A stretch of 64,000 nucleotides of DNA, taken from positions 1 to 64,000 of the forward strand of contig NGBS01001199.1 of the NCBI GenBank assembly GCA_002245135.1, given 5' to 3'. Numbering within the stretch: the first letter of the stretch is position 1; each line of letters opens with the position of its first letter. Below the pieces are notes generated by a model. That model ran no database searches. It was not told the origin of the DNA and saw only the letters and a program-made list of their open reading frames with translations. The position numbers were made by a program, and so were the translations under genes. This DNA is from Proteromonas lacertae (lineage: Eukaryota). Positions 1 through 10,818 of this stretch are shown one piece after another.

Positions 1-3000
1 CATCTGTCCATACCATAAAGATAAAGAGTCTGTATCTGTCATTAATAAACGCAATCCTTGTTTATACTTTTGATATAATTGTCCATACCAAAACTTTGCC
101 ATAAGATACTTTGATTGCAAAGAATGGACATTCCAATATAGCTTGGCTTATCTATTGCACACTTGTATTTTTTAAACTTACACACTCCTCAAGTCACAAC
201 CATCAATTGAAACAAAAACCAGTAAAGTATGGATTGCTAACACATTTGAGGAATTGTCCTCATTATTAACTAGTCTACTTCTACATCTATTCTCAGTATT
301 CTCACATGTCTTACCATATGCACTATTCAGGATTAGTTTAAATGTATCAGCTTCTGCATCTCGATGAAACTTCTTTGGCATCTTTTCTTAATAGATGGCA
401 TTGCATAACAAATTCATACGCATAATCTGTTTCACAAAAACTAATTACTCTCCATACTTTGGTTACTTTATATCCTAACTTCACAGCATAGTTTAGATAT
501 TGATAATGAACAACATAAATGATACTTGTTGGATAAATCACATATTATTCTTGCTGTATTATTCTTCAATACTTCTTTGCCAGACTTTTTGTGACAGCTA
601 CTAATCCTAATTCTCTGGCCCATTGCTTCTGTGTTGGTGACAAATCTTCATATAATATTATCTTTCTTTCAGGAAATAAAGGATACTCTGAAAACTTGCC
701 ATTTGTATTATCTGGGAGGTTCTATATCAACTTCTAAAATATAACCTCTGCTCTCTGGATCCTTCCACAGCTTCTGATCTTCTACCATAAATGATCTTTT
801 TAAATCCTCATAAGGTTTTAATTTTGTTATAACATTATCATAAATTAATTGAGGATTTGGTTCCCATTGAAAGTCTTTATAGGGTAATTTCATTGATGCC
901 ATTGTAGAAGGATATAGAGAATTATAATCTACATACATAATATATGTTTCTTGTTTTGGGTGGATGAGAAGTATGATCTGAAAAGTATGGAGGATCCATG
1001 TAATGATTTTTAGCTTCTGCTTTTCTCGTAGATCCAATCATTGAAATTCCACAATAAGACCTTTTCTCATAAAGTCATACTTGTCTTGATCTGATATTAG
1101 TTCAATATCCACTTTGGATTTTTTAAGGAATATACTCCAGGCTAAACCAGGACATGATACATGCCAGCATGGATCTAATGTAAACGTTCTAAATACAACA
1201 TTCCTAAAGTGATCAAATACACTAGATAATGTAAGAACATCAATTGCTAAATAAAACATATTGTAATCCATCAAGTTTTTACATTTCAATAGAGTCCAGA
1301 GAGCTTGAGATGATTCATAATCATAATCAGAAATACATTCATTCTGTTTTAATTGAGACTTAAAATCTTCTTTTCTAGGTAATTTATCAGTAAGGTATAA
1401 CTTTTGAATACTATCTACGTATTCGTAGGGGAAATGACCTTTCTGTAAACCCCACTTAGCTATAAAATCATCTGCTGTCCAGTTTCTCTCTTTTAAACAA
1501 TCATTTATCTCTTTTGTTTGTGTTACATATTGATAAACTGGTTTAAAGAGTACTTTATGATTAGCATGTGCATCAGCTTCGACTTTCAATGACTTTACTA
1601 ATGAATCTAATGATGCTGGCATAAATTGACAACTATCTATAAAGTGTAACTTCATGAACTTGATAAGTAAAAACTTATTATCAGTTTTTAACAATACAGA
1701 TAGTTTTGAATGATATTTCTTCTTTCTAGGTGTTGGTTGTTGTTGTTCAGTTGTTGTTGTTGAATTAGGTTGTGAAACAATAATATTTCCCATCTCTTCT
1801 TCTAATCCAATATCTTCTGCTGTTCTTGGTGATATGTAATGATCTCTACTATGTAACATATAATACAACTCATTAAATGCTTCTTCATTTCCTGGATCAT
1901 TCTCATCAACTATTTCAATTGCATTTGGTGGTATTTCTGGTAATGGCAAATCAGAATCAGTATCTTCTTCTGTTTCTGCATCTTCTTCATCATCATTATC
2001 AACTGTTTTTGCTTCTTGTTCTTGTTTCTTTTCTTCTTCAATACCTCTATTGTATTCAGCTAATCTATCAGCAATTGGTTCAGGTTCAGGTTCAGGTTCA
2101 GGTATTGGTAATTGTATAATTTCATTATCTTCTTCATCATCATCATAATTATCATTTGGAATAGGAATATTATTATCATTGTACCATTTTGCTTCCATTT
2201 CTTTATCCAACTTTGATAATCCACGTATTATAAAGTTATTGTCATAGTTTTTACTGTTGTGTGCCAAACATGGTATAGGCATATGTTGTAAACTACAATG
2301 CCAATTACAGTTTGAACATAAGGTTGCAATATACTTACCAGTAAAATGGTCATGGTGTCTTGTTCGCCTTCTATTTCTGTCGTTTTCATTGAAAGGTGTA
2401 TTGCACCACATACATTTATCGATATTTTTATGAGCTGGAATATAAGTGCTTTCATCTAATGGTTTCAATTCACCACTTTTATAATCTTCATACTTCTTCA
2501 ATACATAATCTTGAATCTCGACAAACTTCTTTACTAGTTGCATCTCCAAATCTTGTGGATCTTGCTGCAATTCCAGTTTTCCGAAGAATGTTTCTTCGCT
2601 GATGATTTCAGGGTACCTGGAACTTAAGTGAATGCACCAACTGCTGAGGATATGTTTTTTAAACGCTCCTTTGGCTCCAGGTATTACTTCAGAAGGATCT
2701 ATTGGTACTTGTATAACTTCTGTATCCCAGTATAATACTACAGGAATCATTTGTTGGTATTTGAAATTATGAAACTTGATGAAAGTATCTGGAGGTGGAA
2801 ATTGACGAATGATTCCTTTTTGTAATTGACAATTCTCTTTCTGATGTTGAATTATCATATCAGCTGTTGATAAAGTACAGAAACAATACTGGCATCTGGT
2901 ATAATAATTATGACACCTTTTACCAGAAGGTGATAGGAAGGCTTCTAACTTTGTTATTACCATATAATGATCTTTGTATATTAACAGGTTCACATGAGGC

Positions 3001-4379
3001 CAGTGTTTTCTTTTATCTATGTTGGTAACGTATAAAGGTATTGGTTCATTCTGGTCAATTGTAAATATATTGATAGTAATATGATTCAGCTGTTCAAACT
3101 CATCAATTCTGTCACTATCATTAATTGCATCAACTGGAAATCTTAAACTGCTTACATCCATTAAATCTACATACTGTTTGTATTTCATTGCTCTGTTACG
3201 GTGGTCTTTGAACTCTACATAGTGTAAACCAGCAGCCACGCTGAATAAAAAGCACATATTCTTACATTCTTCACTATATCTTACCAAATTAATAACGCAC
3301 TTTCTATTGTTGAGGCTTGCTGGTAACTTTATGTTGTCATCTTCTGTAGATGATCCAGCAGCCATTGAACTTTTCATCAGTATCATCTCTACTTTCTTAA
3401 TATATCTGAACTTTAGTTCAGATCTTTCAGTGTTGAAAATTGAACCTAAATCTCGAATCATGGCATTGTTTAACTTTGAACCAATTGTACCTAACTCTTG
3501 AGAAGTTATAATTTCTGGCGCTGTTTCGAATGTTTTGTAACAACTTACTTGTGCATTGGCTGGTTCATCGGATCCTATATAACCTACTCTGAATCTGAAA
3601 TAAACTTTTATATAAGAAAATTTCTTCTCATTTATGTAGTTACGTATGGTAACCATAAAATCACTTGATGCATTGCAGATTTTTGTAAATAAATCCTCAG
3701 GTTTCTTTCCATCTTCTTCATTTATAATCTTCTCGTAGGTACGTTCATAGTCTCTACTACTTCTCTCTACAAGTTGTAACAAACTTACTCTTTCAGGATG
3801 TGACATTGTTTTCAACTGCTCTGGATGATTATCAACAACATCCAGAGCAATCATTTCTTCTTGTAGCTGCCTTCTTCTTTCAACATCTGTAGTTGATTGA
3901 GGATGTATTTCAGGAATTGGTCCATCATTAATTGGTGAAAGTGTTGGTGGATCTTCAGGAGGAGGTGTATCTGGTAATAAATCATCTGGGATTTCTGATA
4001 ATCGTTGTATTTTTGGAGGTGGAGGAGGTGGCTGATCAATTACAATTGAAGATGTTGTTCTTCTTCTTGGTGTTATGAAACTAGTTTCATTAGTACTTCT
4101 AGCAGTGTTTGATTGTTGTTGTTGTTGTTGCTGCTGCTGCTGCTGCTGAGGTTGTTGTTGTGCTCTTGCATTGAATGATCCAACATAATATGGTGGAGGA
4201 TAGTAATAGGATGGTGGTGGTGGGATAGCTGGAGTAAAATAAGGGTTCATCCAGGGATTAAAATAGCTTTGTGGCAACATTGGAACTTGATTTCTTTGGT
4301 TATTGTCTTGAATAGGCATAGAAGTACTTGGAGACTGGTAATACCACGGATTAAACCAAGGAGGATAGCTGGGATACAT
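1..4379 (-). pseudogene. polB: Protein-primed family B DNA polymerase (Polinton/Maverick/adintovirus type), frameshifted, runs off the window start
   Basis: ORF 1038-4379 has KCVINL..NMCFLFSV and KDHYMVI (vOTU-like), CQYC..HQKENC Zn finger, ExoI LYWDTE, endonuclease VII CMWC..HHDHFTG..LCSNCN, ExoII AHNSKNYD, FIDS, KGHFPYEY and ExoIII YLAIDV. Downstream frames give motif A YVDYNSLYPS (708-1037), GYILEVDIE, motif B KLILNSAYGK (178-381) and motif C MTDTDS (about 25-42). Confidence 0.93.
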
Positions 4380-4533
4380 TAGAACCTATAAAACGAGAAA
4401 GATATAAATATACCCAATAAAATAACTCCAAATGTATTAATATGATTTGCTAATTGAAATTCATTGATAATCAAGTGTGTTTTTTTGATAACTATACATA
4501 CAAAAAATTGTTTTTGTTTAAATATCTACTAAT

Positions 4534-5115
4534 ATGCGTCAAGCACCAGCAGTTTATGATATTACTCAAGTTGTTAGTAATATTCCTAACATTATTGACT
4601 TATTCAAGAAATTATTGGAGTGGATTAAGAATGATAATGTTGAATTCAGAAGTCCAGTTAATATAGGAGTGGTATCAGATATTACTGATCTCAATTTCAA
4701 ATTATTTATGTCATTTATTGATGAGTGCATTGATAAATTAGTTAATTTGGAATCAAATCTAAATATGGTCAACTTTAATATAGCAGACTCCTTAACTCTA
4801 TTTGAAAAAAGACTATTGATTAACAAAGTAATGAGCGAAATTAGAAATCAAATAGTAATGTGGTATAGTTTACTGAATATTTATGGAAAGCCTATATTAA
4901 ATGATAAATTAAATAATATAGGAGAAGAAGTTATTAAAAAGTATCAAGATATGGTGATTTCACAAATGGATTATGAAATTAAGAAAACTAATCCCACAAT
5001 GAAAGCAAGTGATTATGTAGTCAGTATGTCTATGAAAAGAAAGTACCGTGATCACCCAACTATATGTGATCCGAGAGTTAGGAAACTCATGCGATTAAGT
5101 AATGATTTACAATAA
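4534..5115 (+). CDS. Hypothetical protein (193 aa), probably a gene of the polB-bearing element
   Basis: Intact ATG-TAA ORF divergent from polB and inside the putative terminus; no recognised motif. Confidence 0.6.
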   Translation: MRQAPAVYDITQVVSNIPNIIDLFKKLLEWIKNDNVEFRSPVNIGVVSDITDLNFKLFMSFIDECIDKLVNLESNLNMVNFNIADSLTLFEKRLLINKVMSEIRNQIVMWYSLLNIYGKPILNDKLNNIGEEVIKKYQDMVISQMDYEIKKTNPTMKASDYVVSMSMKRKYRDHPTICDPRVRKLMRLSNDLQ

Positions 5116-5206
5116 ATTCAAAATATACTATTATTAATGATATATACTGATTGAAAGAAAGAAAAGTATTTATTTTTTAGGGTTTTTTTAAAAAATAACA
5201 TAATTA

Positions 5207-5329
5207 AATCCATAATCGTCCTTCTTTGCTTTGAAGTGTTTCACTGCTTAACTTAGTGAACTGAAGTCAATCATCTTCACTAAGCAAATCGGTGAAACAG
5301 TTCAAAGGAAAGAAAATCGATTATGGATT
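5207..5329. repeat. Imperfect palindrome (hairpin)
   Basis: Arms pair: AATCCATAATCG/CGATTATGGATT, TTCTTTGCTTTGAA/TTCAAAGGAAAGAA, GTTTCAC/GTGAAAC, CTTAGTGAA/TTCACTAAG. Confidence 0.85.
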
Positions 5330-5335
5330 AGGGAA

Positions 5336-5403
5336 AGGGAAAGTGAATAAAGGCTAGGGAAAGTGAATAAAGGCTAGGGAAAGTGAATAAAGGCTAGGGA
5401 AAG
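5336..5403 (+). repeat. 20-bp tandem repeat x3 (AGGGAAAGTGAATAAAGGCT) plus partial copies
   Basis: Directly visible. Confidence 0.95.
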
Positions 5404-5508
5404 GGAAAGTGAGTCTTAGGGAAAGTGAAAACGAGTCCTGTGGGGTTGCCTTGCCCTCCCTTGCCCTCCTTTAGCTCTAATAAACAAAATTCAAAATAAT
5501 TTAAAATG

Positions 5509-5589
5509 TACAACCGTTACACCGACGGTTACACGTCGGTTACATAACTGACATGTAACCGATGTGTAACAGCCGGTGTAACGGCTGTA
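5509..5589. repeat. Imperfect palindrome built from GTTACA/TGTAAC units
   Basis: TACAACCGTTACACCGACGGTTACACGTCGGTTACAT versus reverse complement of the right arm TACAGCCGTTACACCGGCTGTTACACATCGGTTACAT. Confidence 0.9.
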
Positions 5590-5649
5590 AAAACAAACGG
5601 TTATTGCAGAAATTTAAATTTTAAAAAATGAAACGAATATATGTATTTT

Positions 5650-5690
5650 AGCCTCGGGTCCAGCGTCAAGCCTCGTGGTCCAGCGTCAAG
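5650..5690 (+). repeat. About 20-bp tandem repeat x2 (AGCCTCG[T]GGTCCAGCGTCA)
   Basis: Directly visible. Confidence 0.9.
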
Positions 5691-5955
5691 TCATTTTGGG
5701 TCTGTAGCCCTTAATATATATTATTATAAGTTATTGTAATATATTCAAATCAGATAATGTATTATAGACTGTAGTAGCTACTGAAACATTTAAATAGAGA
5801 ATATACAAAAAAAAGCTTAATATTGATAATAGTTTAGTTCATAAACTAGTATATCATAAATGTAGGTCATATGACAAACTAACTGTATATTTGTTAAATA
5901 CTCATTATAACTAAGATAAAAATGATATTAGAAAAATAATTATATGATGAGAGCG

Positions 5956-6114
5956 TGTCGCGCGCGATAAAGAAATTATATTGTCTAATAAATTACTAGA
6001 ATATATTAACATATATATGTATAGCATAATGACATTAACAATAATATTATATTAGATCTAAATATAAACAATTACTTCCTCTATCGCGCAAATTTCTTTA
6101 TCGCGCGCACAACA
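5956..6114. mobile_element. Small MITE, TGTTGTG/CACAACA (Ginger-like) family
   Basis: Inverted ends TGTCGCGCGCGATAAAGAAATT and AATTTCTTTATCGCGCGCACAACA; no clear TSD. Confidence 0.6.
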
Positions 6115-6254
6115 AGATGATTCTTTTACGAATAGTAGATTTTGAATATAGTGTTATAGTAGGAAAATTTGTTTTAGAGTATAATTTGATCATAGAAAAT
6201 CGATAAATTAGAATTACTAACTAAATAATTTAGCTTGAAAGCATTTATAATACT

Positions 6255-6855
6255 TGTTGTGAGCCGTTGAGCTAAATGCTCCGTTGAGCGTTAAGAAGAC
6301 TTTTTTCAATTCTAATATCATAAACGTAACCTCTGGCCCTTCAATATTACTAATCAACACTTAGTTTTCCAAAATAGTTACGTTGGCCTAATATCGTATA
6401 GTCGTGTTTAAGTACCTGTACTGGAAACACTTTTTATTTTTATATTATTATAAATGCTTATAACAATAGTAGCCATCGGGATAAAGGTTTTAAATAGAAA
6501 AGGAATATCTACTTATTGCATTTACCTGCTTAAAATTATTTTGAAAAAATAGGCTTGAATGAGGCTTGAATAGATTTTTTATTCTTTCGTTTTTAAGTGT
6601 CTTAACATCTAAATATGTGTGATTTAATTGCTTAAACTAATGTATTTTTAACTCTAGTAGTGATTGAAGCAAATAAAATTAAAAATAAAATTATAATTGT
6701 TTTCAATATGTTGAGATAAAGTTCAAAATAATATATATCGCAGATGTAGCTTATATGACAGAGTAAGATTATATTTGCATATAACTCGCCATCAAACCAC
6801 ACACTATCATTTTAGAACTGAAAAAAGTCTTCTTAACGCTCAACAGCGCACAACA
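6255..6855. mobile_element. About 600-bp MITE with TGTTGTG...CACAACA termini
   Basis: TIR GTTGAGCGTTAAGAAGACTTTTTTCA at both ends; a second, inverted partial copy at 13756-14262. Confidence 0.8.
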
Positions 6856-7134
6856 AGGCTAATTTATTTTTATTTGATTCTAACATATTGTTTAAACTTG
6901 GTATTATTTCATTTAAATGTTTTTCTAATCTTCCCATTTGAATTGATGTTTGATATTCATCACTCTAATAATAATATGAATCAATTGTTATAAAGAATAT
7001 ATATAATTGTTTCAACAATAATATTAAATTATCTCATTCTATTGATCAGATAAGTCAATGTATAGAAATCTTTTGTAAAACAAACAATGTATGTTATTTC
7101 AAGATACAAATTTATTTGATGTTCAAAAAACAGT

Positions 7135-8496
7135 ATGAGAATATCAAATAAAAGTAGTAACACAATAATTGAAAATTTAATTCTAACTTTAGCTATAATC
7201 ATTATCATATATTATTATATATATTATATTAAGATTAAGGCAATTTACTGCATAAGAGATTATCCTAATTATAATCTGTTACTACCTGTAAGAAAAGAAT
7301 GTAAGTCTGATCCATTTTTATATTATTTATCTTATAATTACTCATCAAAATCTATACTAAATCTCGATTATATATTAGATTTAAAAAAGCAACATAGTGA
7401 AACTCTATTCTTTACAGTTATAGATGACAATAGTTTTAAATACATATTAAATTTATATAAAATATTTTTAATACCTTATAATATTAACAGTCTTGTTACA
7501 ATTGTATTTTATGAAAAAACATTAATAAAATGTATTAAAAACAAAATATTATGTGTATTCAGTGAATGGCCTCTATTTTTGAAGAATGATACAAAATTGA
7601 AAATGAAGCAGAAATTATGGTTTTTAAAATATTATTACTTTTATTATGTAATTACTTATGGAGTATCAATACTATTTATAGATAGCGATGTATTATTTAT
7701 TAATAACTGTTTAAATGATTTAATGAACAGAAAAGAAGATGTAGTTCTTCTTAAAAGTCAATTACCTAAAACTCTAACATTTGGAAATTCAGGCTTATCG
7801 TATAGCTGATTTATTTAATAATGTTTAGAAATATAAAATCAACCATTTCTACAATTAAAATGATTGAATATGGATTGAACTACATAAAACATTATATATT
7901 AAACGGAAAGAAATATTATTTAGGAGATCAAGAAGTTATATCAATTGCTTTAAATAAATATTCAAATATTTCAAAAGGACTATATACAATGCCATTATAT
8001 ACAGTTGGAATTCCTCCTGAGAATAAAATTAAATCATTGTGCATGATTCATCCAATTCATTGTGATAAAGAATTTTCACTTAAAGAAAGGTTACTATATT
8101 ATGTAGATAATAATAGTTATTATACTTCTCTAGAAAATAGATACATTATATTTACTAGATATATAATCCAAAATAATATTACTAAAGTAGTAGATATATG
8201 CAAGAAATATAAACTAATTTTAATTTTACCAGATCAATATTGTAAAATGCCTAACTGTTTATACGAAATGGAAAATAGTTTTGGTGACAAGATGATGATA
8301 AAACATTTAAGAGATATGAATATAAGAATTAGAGAATCAATATCTTTTTTTAATAATCATTATTTACCTTTATAATATAATCATTTCTAAGACATCCATT
8401 AGTTCCTAATACTATTAAGAACAGCATTATAATAACAATATTAAACAAGTTAAATAAAAGTATATTATACTCGTATAAAACTATTATTGTTAAATA
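7135..8496 (+). CDS. Nucleotide-diphospho-sugar transferase (GT77-like), signal-anchored, intron-containing
   Basis: N-terminal TM segment, LFIDSDVLF DxD motif, GNSG, GDQE. A GT-AG intron at 7800-7828 joins ORFs 7135 and 7821 in frame; a probable second intron at 8340-8380 gives RESSFLRHPLVP. Confidence 0.75.
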
Positions 8497-8520
8497 AAAA
8501 AATGTTTAGAATCTATTATA

Positions 8521-9351
8521 TTATGGTTTTCTAATCATCCATGTTTTGAAATTTTCTTCATTTGTAGTTACAATTTTCAATTTATATTTATATGCAAATT
8601 CATTTACAGCAGATTTTACTGCTTTCTTATTACTATAAACATTACCATTACTATCCATTTTCCATTCATTTCTATTTTCATCTTGATAGTCATGTCCTGC
8701 CAAAATACCTCCTGATTTTATAAAAGGATAATACAACATAATATCATTCTTTACACTTAAGTAATCATGTCTACCATCTAAATATATAAAATCATAATGT
8801 TTGTTTTTTAAAAATGTAATGGCTTTTTCACTTGTAGTTTTTAGAATAACAAAATCTATTTTATGGGAAAATAATTTAACAACATTCATTGAATTTTGAA
8901 AAATAGAATTCTGTATTGAATTATTAACATTAGCAGCATCATCATAATATTTCTGTTGTAGCCATGGATCTATCATTACGTATAATTTACATGAAATCCA
9001 TTGAGTTAATAAACTAGCAGCATAATATCCATTCTGAACACCTATTTCAATACCACTTTTGAATTTTTCTTTATTTAATAATTTGCCTATATAGTCTCTA
9101 TTTAGTAAATTATTAGGAATAGGTTTTGCATAGATATTTCTATTTTTAGATAAATCATTAAATAGAATAAAAAATAATAGAAGCAAAATAACATATAGAA
9201 ACATGATAGAATATGCTAAATAAATCTTCCATATAAATTCTTTGCTATATTTAAATTCAGTATGTAATATTTTATTATATAGTATAATAGATGAGTATAC
9301 ATTAGTAATATTTTTATGAAAAGAAAAATATATAAATTTGTTATTTGTCAC
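8521..9351 (-). CDS. Class I SAM-dependent methyltransferase (Methyltransf_24-like); likely start near 9204 with TM anchor
   Basis: GIEIGVQNG motif I, DFIYLDGRHDY, KSGGILAGHDY. Confidence 0.85.
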   Translation of the reverse strand: MTNNKFIYFSFHKNITNVYSSIILYNKILHTEFKYSKEFIWKIYLAYSIMFLYVILLLLFFILFNDLSKNRNIYAKPIPNNLLNRDYIGKLLNKEKFKSGIEIGVQNGYYAASLLTQWISCKLYVMIDPWLQQKYYDDAANVNNSIQNSIFQNSMNVVKLFSHKIDFVILKTTSEKAITFLKNKHYDFIYLDGRHDYLSVKNDIMLYYPFIKSGGILAGHDYQDENRNEWKMDSNGNVYSNKKAVKSAVNEFAYKYKLKIVTTNEENFKTWMIRKP

Positions 9352-9868
9352 TAGTGAGTAAATTCACAAGTATTATTAATATAAACTTGAAATCTTGAGT
9401 TTTATAGTGAGCAAAATATATTTAGTAGAATGATATCATCATACATTTTTCATGGCTTTTTGGACCAACTTATCCACTCTTTCAAAACATTTCCAAATGA
9501 ATCTTCTATAACAACAACATCAACAACTTTTTTGATTCCTTCAGCTGTCTTTTGAATAAGTTGTTTTGAAAGACTGGATTACCCATTAATTGAATTTGCA
9601 GGAGAATCATCATCTCCAAATTCTGGATTTAGGGTAATATTGACAGCTGAACATAATTATTCTTAAAAGTTTCTTGTATTCTTTAACTTGTGCTTATCTT
9701 GTCAATTTCAGTTGGTTAATTTTTTTACTAAAAAAATCCGTTACATTATTTTTGTTTAAAATTTTGAAATTTCTATCATTTTGACATTCCGAAGATGGAT
9801 CTAGTATGGAAGATTTTATTCCAGAGATGTAAAGAGCACAGTTCCTATGAGATAATGCTTCCAAGATA

Positions 9869-10167
9869 TTCGTACAAATAAGGTAAGAAAATTCAAGTTT
9901 TTAGTTACATTTTTTTATTTATATCAAAAACAGAAGTGAGTTGTAAGCTAATAATTTACATTATTCATGTACTTAATATGTATTAATAGATTATGTAAAT
10001 AAATATGTTAGTTAGACTAAATAAGTCATATCGTGACATGTCTATCATATACAAAATGTTAAAATAAAAGTAACAATTTTTCATTAAAAGAAGTGTAATT
10101 GTGTATTTAGTTTGTTTTGAAAGTGTCTGGTAGACATACGGCCAACTCTGACAAACGGCGCACAACA
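9869..10167 (-). mobile_element. Solo terminal segment of the Ginger-like transposon
   Basis: Diverged inverted copy of 34003-34301, ending GACAAACGGCGCACAACA. Confidence 0.8.
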
Positions 10168-10339
10168 ACCGTTACTTTTTACGAAAAAAGAGGATTTTTT
10201 GAAACACAAAAAAGGAACATTGAAAAAAATCATTACTTAGGATTTTAAAATTACTCTATAACATTTTCTAAATTGAATCAAAAAATTTTGACGGAGGATA
10301 GTGTTATCTTCCACTGCTTGTTCTATATGTCTTGTTTAT

Positions 10340-10818
10340 AGAGGATTATTCCTCTTTTTTATTTGTACTTCCCAAATTATGCTGAATTTCCTCATCTAAA
10401 GGATCATATAATAAATGAAGCTGATTGTTTAGAAAAATATAATAATCAGTTTAAAGATTTGAAGATTGAGGATTTCTATTGAAGATTTGAAAGATATTAG
10501 ATTCTACTAAAGTCTATGATAAGAATGATTCCTTTGAAACTACAGGAAATATGTTAGAAGTGGATATTGAACCTATTTCCTATTATAAGGAGTATTTAAG
10601 AGAATATCCTATTCTACCTTCAAGAAGGAAGATTAGCTATGATGAATTGTCAGATATACGAAAGGAAAAATAAGAAGTATTATACTCTCAAAAAGAGGAT
10701 GATCAGAAATATCCAGATGTTCATAAATATGTTTCCTCTGAAAAGTTAGTTACTGACTTATTGCCTAAGGAACATTATATCATCCATTATCAGAATCTCA
10801 AATTTGCAGTTGATCATT
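10340..10818 (+). pseudogene. polB: Degraded second pPolB fragment (palm region)
   Basis: Translates across stops and frameshifts to GNMLEVDIEP, EYPILPSRRKISYDELS and SEKLVTDLLPKEHYIIHYQNLKFAV, paralleling the polB segment at about 480-750. Confidence 0.8.

Noticed and set aside
5336..5403. Possible CRISPR array or telomeric repeat
   Set aside because: Head-to-tail 20-mers without spacers, no cas genes, only three copies.
9983..10168. 61-aa ORFs at 9983-10168 and 34002-34187 as a gene family
   Set aside because: They are translations of the same transposon terminal repeat.
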